Of a stretch of 64,000 bases of DNA, positions 57,311 through 64,000 are shown in pieces. Both the position numbers and the translations under genes were made by a program. The stretch's first letter is position 1, and each line of letters starts with the position of its first letter. The stretch lies in contig NC_043010.1 of NCBI RefSeq assembly GCF_006345805.1, forward strand, positions 67,828,001 through 67,892,000, given 5' to 3'. A model generated the notes under the pieces. The model searched no databases, was not told the DNA's origin, and saw only the letters and a list, made by a program, of their open reading frames with translations. The DNA is from Octopus sinensis (lineage: Eukaryota).

Positions 57311-57691
57311 TTATTTCAGCCCATTGTATTCTGAGCTCAAGTGTTACAGGGATCGAATTTGCTTTCATCCTTTCAGTGGTGGTGGTGGTGGTGGTGGTGG
57401 GGTGGGGGGAGTCAATAAAATTAGTACCAGTTAAAAACTGGGGTCGATGTAATCAACTAGACCCCCCCTTCCCCACAAACTTTCATGCCTTGAGCCAATA
57501 GTGGAACAAAAGAATATTAATAATAATGATAACAATTTCTTTTATTTGCCATCAGAATAATGGATGAGGAGGATGATTCAAAACATACAAGATTGAATGT
57601 GGGGAAAATAAGCTTGGAGATGACCAGTCAAGAAGTTCTGCAGTGGTTAAAACTTTCCCGTCTACTGTAAGTCTTAATATGCAATATTTCA

Positions 57692-58565
57692 GGGTGGCGA
57701 GCTGCCAGAAACGTTAGCACGCCGGGCGAAATGCTTAGCGGTATTTCGTCTGCCGTTATGTTCTGAGTTCAAATTCCGCCGAGGTCGACTTTGCCTTTCA
57801 TCATTTCGGGGTCGATTAAATAAGTACCAGTTATGCACTGGGGTCGATATAATCGACTTAATACCTATGTCTGTCGAGTGGCGAGCTGCCAGATACGTTA
57901 GCACGCCGGGCGAAATGCTTAGCGGTATTTCGTCTGCCGTTATGTTCTGAGTTCAAATTCCGCCGAGGTCAACTTTGCCTTTCATCCTTTCGGGGTCGAT
58001 AAATTAAGTACCAGTTATGCACTGGGGTCGATGTAATCGACTTAATACCTATGTCTGTCCTTGTTTGTCCCCTCTGTGTTTAGCCCCTTGTGGGTAATAA
58101 AGAAATAGATATAATCGACTTAATCCGTCTGTCTGTCCTTGTTTGTCCTCTCTATGTTTAGCCCCTTGTGGGCAGTAAAGAAATAGGTATTTCGTCTGCC
58201 ATTACATTCTGAGTTCAAATTCCGCTGAGGTCAACTTTGTCTTTCATCCTTTCGGGGTAGATTAAATAAGTAGCAGTTATGCACTGGAGTTGATGTAATC
58301 GACTTCATCCCTTTGTTTGTCCCCTCTACATTTAGCCCCTTGTGGGCAATTAAGAAATAAGAAACGTTAGCATGCCGGCTGAAATGCTTAGCGGTATTTT
58401 GTCTGCCGCTACGTTCTGAGTTCAAATTCCACTGAGGTCGATTTTGTCTTTCATCCTTTCGGGGTCAATTAAATAAGTACCAGTTACACACTGGAATTGA
58501 TGTAATCGATTTCATCCCTTTGTTTGACCTCTCTGTTTAGCCCCTTGTGGGCAATAAAGAAATAA
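57692..58565 (+). mobile_element. Locally amplified tandem array of SINE group A (A2 tail), ~4 units plus a tail duplication
   Basis: Units at 57692 and 57876 are nearly identical and share private variants (gctgccaga, ttaatacctatgtctgtc). Confidence 0.85.
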
Positions 58566-59159
58566 CTATGCAATGTTTATTTGAATTGGATAAAACTGCT
58601 GCAGCATATTGCAGTCACTTTTCTGTTAATTTTTTTTTTTGAAAGAGTTTTTGTCACTTTGAGCTTTTGACTTTGCTGTTTTGCACCAAATCAATAATTC
58701 TTAACACCAATTTATTGTATCACTTTCTAGCATCATTTGATTTATCTCATCTTAATTTATTTATTTCATTTATTTAAAACTCATCCAACTTATTTTTCTT
58801 AGTGACTTATCTAAATTCTATTTTTTATTATCAACTCACATTTGAACAAGATTGTTAGAACATGTACATCTGCAGGTTGTAACATGCGTATTTATGCACA
58901 TGTGTGACTGTGTGGTAAGAAATTTGGTTCCCAACCACATGGTTTGGGGTTCAGTCTTACTGTGTAGAACTTTGGGCAAGTGCCTTTTACCATAGCCCTG
59001 GGTTAACCAAAGCCTTGTGAGTGGATAGTGGATTTGGTTGACGAAAAGTGAAAGAAGTTCATCATACATGTGGGTGTGTGTGCACACATGCAAATTCGTG
59101 TGTGTGTGTGTCATTGTATCCTTGTCTCGACTTCATGTGATAGTTGTAAATGAGTGCCA

Positions 59160-59692
59160 CTGTCATATGAGGAGTATCATTCATTTTCAATCTTCTGTGA
59201 AAATCTGTCTGTCTTGGAAAGAGGTGAGGGTTGGCAACAGGAAAGGACATCTGGACCTGGAAAAATTCACCTTGACAAATTCTATCTGATCCATGCAAAT
59301 ATGGAAAAAAGGACGTTGAAATGATGATACACATGCATTCCCATGCAGTGCCACATTAAAGCACCCAGCACATGCTGTAAGGTGGTTGGCATTAGGAAGG
59401 GCACCCAGCTGTAGAAACCATGCCAAAACAGACTGGAATTTGGCGCAGCTTGCCAGCTCTGGCCAAACCGTCCGACCCATGCCAGCATGGACAACAGACA
59501 TCATCATCATCATCATCGTTTAACGTCTGCTTTCCATGCTAGCATGGGTTGGACGATTTTGACTGAGGGCTGGCGAACCAGATGGCTGCACCAGGCCCCA
59601 ATCTTGATCTGGCAGAGTTTCTACAGCTGGATGCCCTTCCTATCGCCAACCACTCCGAGAGTGTAGTGGGTGCTTTTTACGTGCTACCGGCA
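59160..59692. mobile_element. Two RTE 3' UTR copies meeting tail-to-tail at a (CAT)n tract (~59499-59516)
   Basis: Plus copy ends ccatgccagcatggacaacagac; minus copy starts tttaacgtctgctttccatgctagc. Confidence 0.75.
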
Positions 59693-60365
59693 CATTAAAT
59701 AATACTGGTGAAGACGACACACATGGATTACACGGAAATGTATATGTACCTACACACAGGGGTTCTTAACCCCACAACACAAAAGCACCTCCCTACAGCA
59801 GCGCCCGAGGCAACAATGAAAAATGATGGTGGCAATAAAGACAACGCAATGATGACAGTACTGAAAATGATGACAAACACAAAACAAAATCACTTGACAA
59901 ATTTTATTGGCATTTTGGCTCAAATTTACAATGCTGTGTTGATTTGTGTATGCATGTCTGTATATGATGTGTGTGTGTGTTAGAATACATGTGTGAATAA
60001 AATTCATAATTATTTGCACTAATTAACCTCAACTTCAGAGATGAAACAATTTACTCTATTTATGCCTAGACTATGTTTCTGCTTGATTGATGTCCAGTTT
60101 CTCATCAGGTGTCACCACAGCTTGGAAAAAATAAAAGGTTCCTGGTTCATATCCTCCAGTTTGATATAACCATTGTACACATCCAGGAATAAGCTTTATT
60201 GAGACCTGATGATATTCTGAGATTGAAGATATTGAAACATATTGGAGATGTCAATGTTGGAGGAAAATAATAAAATAAAATAAAATAAAATAGAATAAAA
60301 TGAATTTTTTAGTATCTCTAAGAAAAATAGTCTTGAGAATTATAATATAAATTATATGTCATTAT

Positions 60366-60591
60366 TTAAACCTTTAGCGTCCAGATTTATCTGTCAAATG
60401 TAATATTTAGTTATTCACAGTTCTGAATTAGGCTTGCATTATGTAAGATTCAGGATTTCTACGATGCAATTGTTTATTTTCAGAATGATGTTGGTGGATA
60501 GGTATGTGAGAGGCTGGATCTGGCCAGTTTGAACATAAAACAGGTAGAATATTTTGGCTGGACATAGCTGGTTTAAATGCTAAGGGGTTAG
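60366..60591 (+). mobile_element. piggyBac-like MITE family G
   Basis: ttaa|acctttagc...gctaagggg|ttag, homologous to 14426-14803. Confidence 0.65.
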
Positions 60592-60679
60592 TAATATAAA
60601 ATTATACAATAAGATACTGTTATATAATAATATTCAATAATAAAATAAATCCTAATGAAATCATAATGATAATATATAT

Positions 60680-60863
60680 ATATATTTATATTATATAGAG
60701 GGCATCTCTATACATAAATGCCACACGCTAGGAGGGACTCTTAAAGTCAAAACTACCAAAATAAATAAATGTGTTTATTTATTTTGGTAGTTTTGACTTT
60801 AAGAGTCCCTCCTAGCGTGTGGCATTTATGTATAGTAATGCCCTCTATATAATATAAATATAT
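60680..60863. repeat. Palindrome: 90-bp arms (2 mismatches), 4-nt loop
   Basis: 60680-60769 pairs with 60774-60863. Confidence 0.9.
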
Positions 60864-61059
60864 TTAAGAGAAAAAAATTGGTGGATTTTTCTCTTATGAG
60901 GTTTTTTACTCTAACTACTTGATAAATTCTTATAAAGATTTTGTCCTATTTTTAAATTGTATAAATATATATATAAATAATATTAGGGAGTATAACTCCA
61001 AACTTACAGGGAAAAATTCTATTTAGTATTAAATCAAATTTCCCAATATAAATATATAA

Positions 61060-61238
61060 AATATGAATTAGAGATAAAACCACCATTATGCAACTCAAAC
61101 AGTGATAGACATAAACCAAAACATAAAAAACAAATAAAATATATTTTCATAAAACACACTTTATTTGTTATTTACGTTTTGGTTTATGTCTATCACTGTT
61201 TGAGTTGCATAATGGTAGTTTTATCTCTAATTCATATT
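61060..61238. repeat. Inverted repeat: ~63-bp near-perfect arms plus imperfect inner extension
   Basis: atatgaattagagataaaac..gacataaaccaaaac and its reverse complement. Confidence 0.85.
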
Positions 61239-61471
61239 ATATATATATAATATTTTTTTCTTGGAACTGAATTTCTTAACACATAAAATTATAAATAATA
61301 GCATGCAATTATTTATAGCTTTATGTGCTTTGAGCTCGTTTCAAAAATTAATTATTTCATGATCTCTCAAATGTTTGAAGATTTTTATGAAGTCAACAAT
61401 AAAACAAATTATAATAATATAATTAAGTTCTAAGAACTGTAATTTGATCAACTCATCTCAGACAACTGATA

Positions 61472-61534
<63 letters not shown>

Positions 61535-62183
61535 CGTGCGCACGCGATAGGAGCGGCTGTTATCTTTTCTACTCCTGTATATTTTTCTGCACAAATATTT
61601 CGTGTCAGTATTTTCAATATATAGCAACCACCAGATTCCTTCACATCAAAATATCAACAAAAAACGGCCGACTTGGTTAGCAGCTCTTTTTTCTAAGCAA
61701 GACTCCAGCACATCTTATACTATTAAAATTACACTAGTGTGATACAGAACAACAACTACTACAACTACTATTATTACTATTATCATTCTTCTTCTGAGTT
61801 CAAATACCGCAAAGGTTCCCTTTGCCTTTCAGTGTCGACAAAAATAAGTACCAGTCAAACACTGGGGTCAGTGTAATTGACTGGTCCCCTCCCCTGAAAT
61901 TTCAGGCTTTGTACCTATAAAGGAAAGGATTATTATAATTATTACAGTTATCATTATTATCATTGACCACCACCCCTTAAACCACATTGCTACCACATTT
62001 CTGCCTAAATTACTAATCCTTATTGAGTGGTCAATTAAATAAAGTAAGTCAAGAACAGGGGGTGATATAACCAAATCCCACACCTCAAAAATTGTCGGCC
62101 TTATGTCTGAATTAGAAACATTTAATTTACTAGTCCCCTCCACCTAAATTACTGCCATTGCATTTAAATTATTATTATTATTA

Positions 62184-62214
<31 letters not shown>

Positions 62215-62674
62215 TCAGTTGAAATACCACTGAGGTTGGTTTTGCTTTACATACTTTTAGGGTCAGTATAAGTATCATCAATTAAGTACTGGAAGCGGGG
62301 GCGGTCAGTGTAATTGACTGACCCCTTCTTCCAAAATGTATCTATAGTAGATTATTATTATTATTGTTGTTGATCTGTCAACAGGTATTGCATATCGCTC
62401 CCATACGTTTGTTATTGTTACATAGTCAAACTAATCAGGACCTTAGGGGCTATTTTGGTGTTTGTTTAGGCCAAAGTGCCTCTCTTTTTAAAAAAAAAAA
62501 ATGAAGAAAAAAAGAAAGTTGGTGAAGGAGAACTGTTCGTCCACTGAAAGGAACAGTTAGTCATTTGGAAAAATGAACAGCCATCACTCCTGGTGTGCTT
62601 ATAGAGACCAGATTAGAGAGTTAAGCGGGTGTTAAGAGGAGCAATTGTCCACAACAAATGGTGTCCGAAGTCAG

Positions 62675-62870
62675 GACGCCATGATAGATCGTTAGCCCCT
62701 ACACACATTTTTTTCTCTACTTGTTTTTTTCTGTATCTTTCTGTCGAAGAGTGTAGGCTCGAAACGTAAAAGACTTGTTCTATTTCTATTCCTGAGCGCC
62801 ATACTAATACATTTGTTTGTTTGTACTCCACCTGGCTTCGTCTTTTGTTTATTTTCGTAAACTTTCCCTT
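62675..62870 (+). mobile_element. ~200-bp hammerhead-bearing (TA)n-associated repeat, followed by a SINE B 3' half (62885-63112)
   Basis: tctttCTGTCGAagagtgtaggctcGAAACGTAaaaga at 62736-62773. Confidence 0.7.
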
Positions 62871-62906
<36 letters not shown>

Positions 62907-63561
62907 ATATATGTTTGTCGCCCCAGCATCGCTTGACAACTGATGCTGGTGTGTTTATGTCCCTGTAACTTAGCAGTTCGGCAAAAGAGACCAATAGAAT
63001 AAGTACTAGGCTTACAAAAGAATAAGTCCTTGGGTTGATTTGCTCGACTAAAGGTGGTGCTCTAGCATGGCCACAGTCAATTGAATGAAACAAATAAAAG
63101 AGTAAAGAGTAATGAAAGTGTTACTGTATTTTCTGGCAGATAAGTCAATGTAGCATATAGTCTAAGTATATATATTGTAAACACTGAAACACAGTCGTTA
63201 TCTTTCCAAACCCTGCTGCATTTCACTTGGAATTTTTGTCCTCTCAAGTAGTTTTTGTGAATAAGTGAACCCAGCTTTTATTGGATGCAAATTTTGGTCT
63301 GAAAAATTTGACTTATATGCTGGAAAATACGGTAATAATAATAATGATGGGGACAATGGGAAGGATGGTTTCCCTTTGCAAATACCAATAGGGCACAGAA
63401 TAGCCAGCTGGAGAAGATGTTCTCCTGGGGCTACAAGCTACAGTAACATCCACCCTTAGTGGTTAGCCACATTTAGGTGACAAATATACTTCACATTGTT
63501 GTGCAGTTACTGTTTATACCTCGTCCAGAGATTTATTATTAAGAATAATAATGATAATAAT

Positions 63562-63968
63562 AAAAGGTAATGGATGAAAAGGAGAAGGCAAAAATCCTCT
63601 GGGACTTTGACTGCCAGACAGAGAAGGTGTTAGAACAGTGAAGGCCGGATATAGTAACCTTTAGGAAGGACAAACAAAAGTGCCTAATAATTGACGTGGT
63701 GGTACCAGGAGATCAACAGATCATTATGAAAGAAAGAGAAAAGGTTGATAAATATGGAGACCTGAGGATTGGGATCGCTAAGATGTGGCAGCTACGAGAG
63801 TCAAACATAAAGTTATCCTTATTGTCATCAGAGCATTGGGTTCAATACCACCAAACCTGAAAAGAAAACATCTGGAAACTTTAGAAATACCCTACAATCT
63901 AGACGTATTGCAAAAATCAGCATTACTTGGAACTGTATGCAAGTTTCATAAAGTACTGTCTGTCTGAG
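63562..63968 (+). mobile_element. Second R4/Dong-like retrotransposon 3' fragment (endonuclease region)
   Basis: KILWDFDCQTEKVLEQ*RPDIVTF..IIDVVVPGD..KYGDL..ALGSIP..LQKSALLGT; follows an (AAT)-rich tract. Confidence 0.85.
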
Positions 63969-64000
63969 GTCCTTGTTGTGACTTGGCAAACAGTACAAAC

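Noticed and set aside
57692-58565. Regularly repeated units that could suggest a CRISPR-like array
   Set aside because: Units are ~180-230-bp SINEs without unique spacers, in eukaryotic DNA.
60064-60112. Minus-strand CUGAUGA...GAAAC-AUA-GUC resembling a hammerhead
   Set aside because: No stem I or stem II pairing.

Overview
AT-rich, repeat-dense animal genomic DNA. The SINE, RTE, Penelope-type and microsatellite content suggests an octopus/coleoid cephalopod, but this is inference from recalled repeat families. One protein-coding gene is supported, on the minus strand: a ~2849-aa multi-zinc-finger protein (CDS exons 14209-13784 and 11592-3469, joined by a phase-0 GT-AG intron). It is built from ~17 widely spaced C2H2+C2HC finger doublets rather than a tandem finger array. 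The other ~50 kb is transposon and simple-repeat sequence: three tRNA-derived SINE groups, RTE, CR1/L2-like and R4/Dong-like LINE fragments, two dead mariners, piggyBac-, hAT-, Tc1- and Kolobok-like MITEs, Helitrons, long palindromes, and a 100-N gap at 39345-39444. The most notable non-coding signal is a set of minimal type I hammerhead-ribozyme folds: one with a canonical core (29763-29821) and several repeated copies with non-canonical cores (CUGUNGA, CCGANGA) but intact stems. Nearly all other ORFs in the track are microsatellite or antisense artefacts. Repeat boundaries were read by eye and are approximate unless termini are stated.
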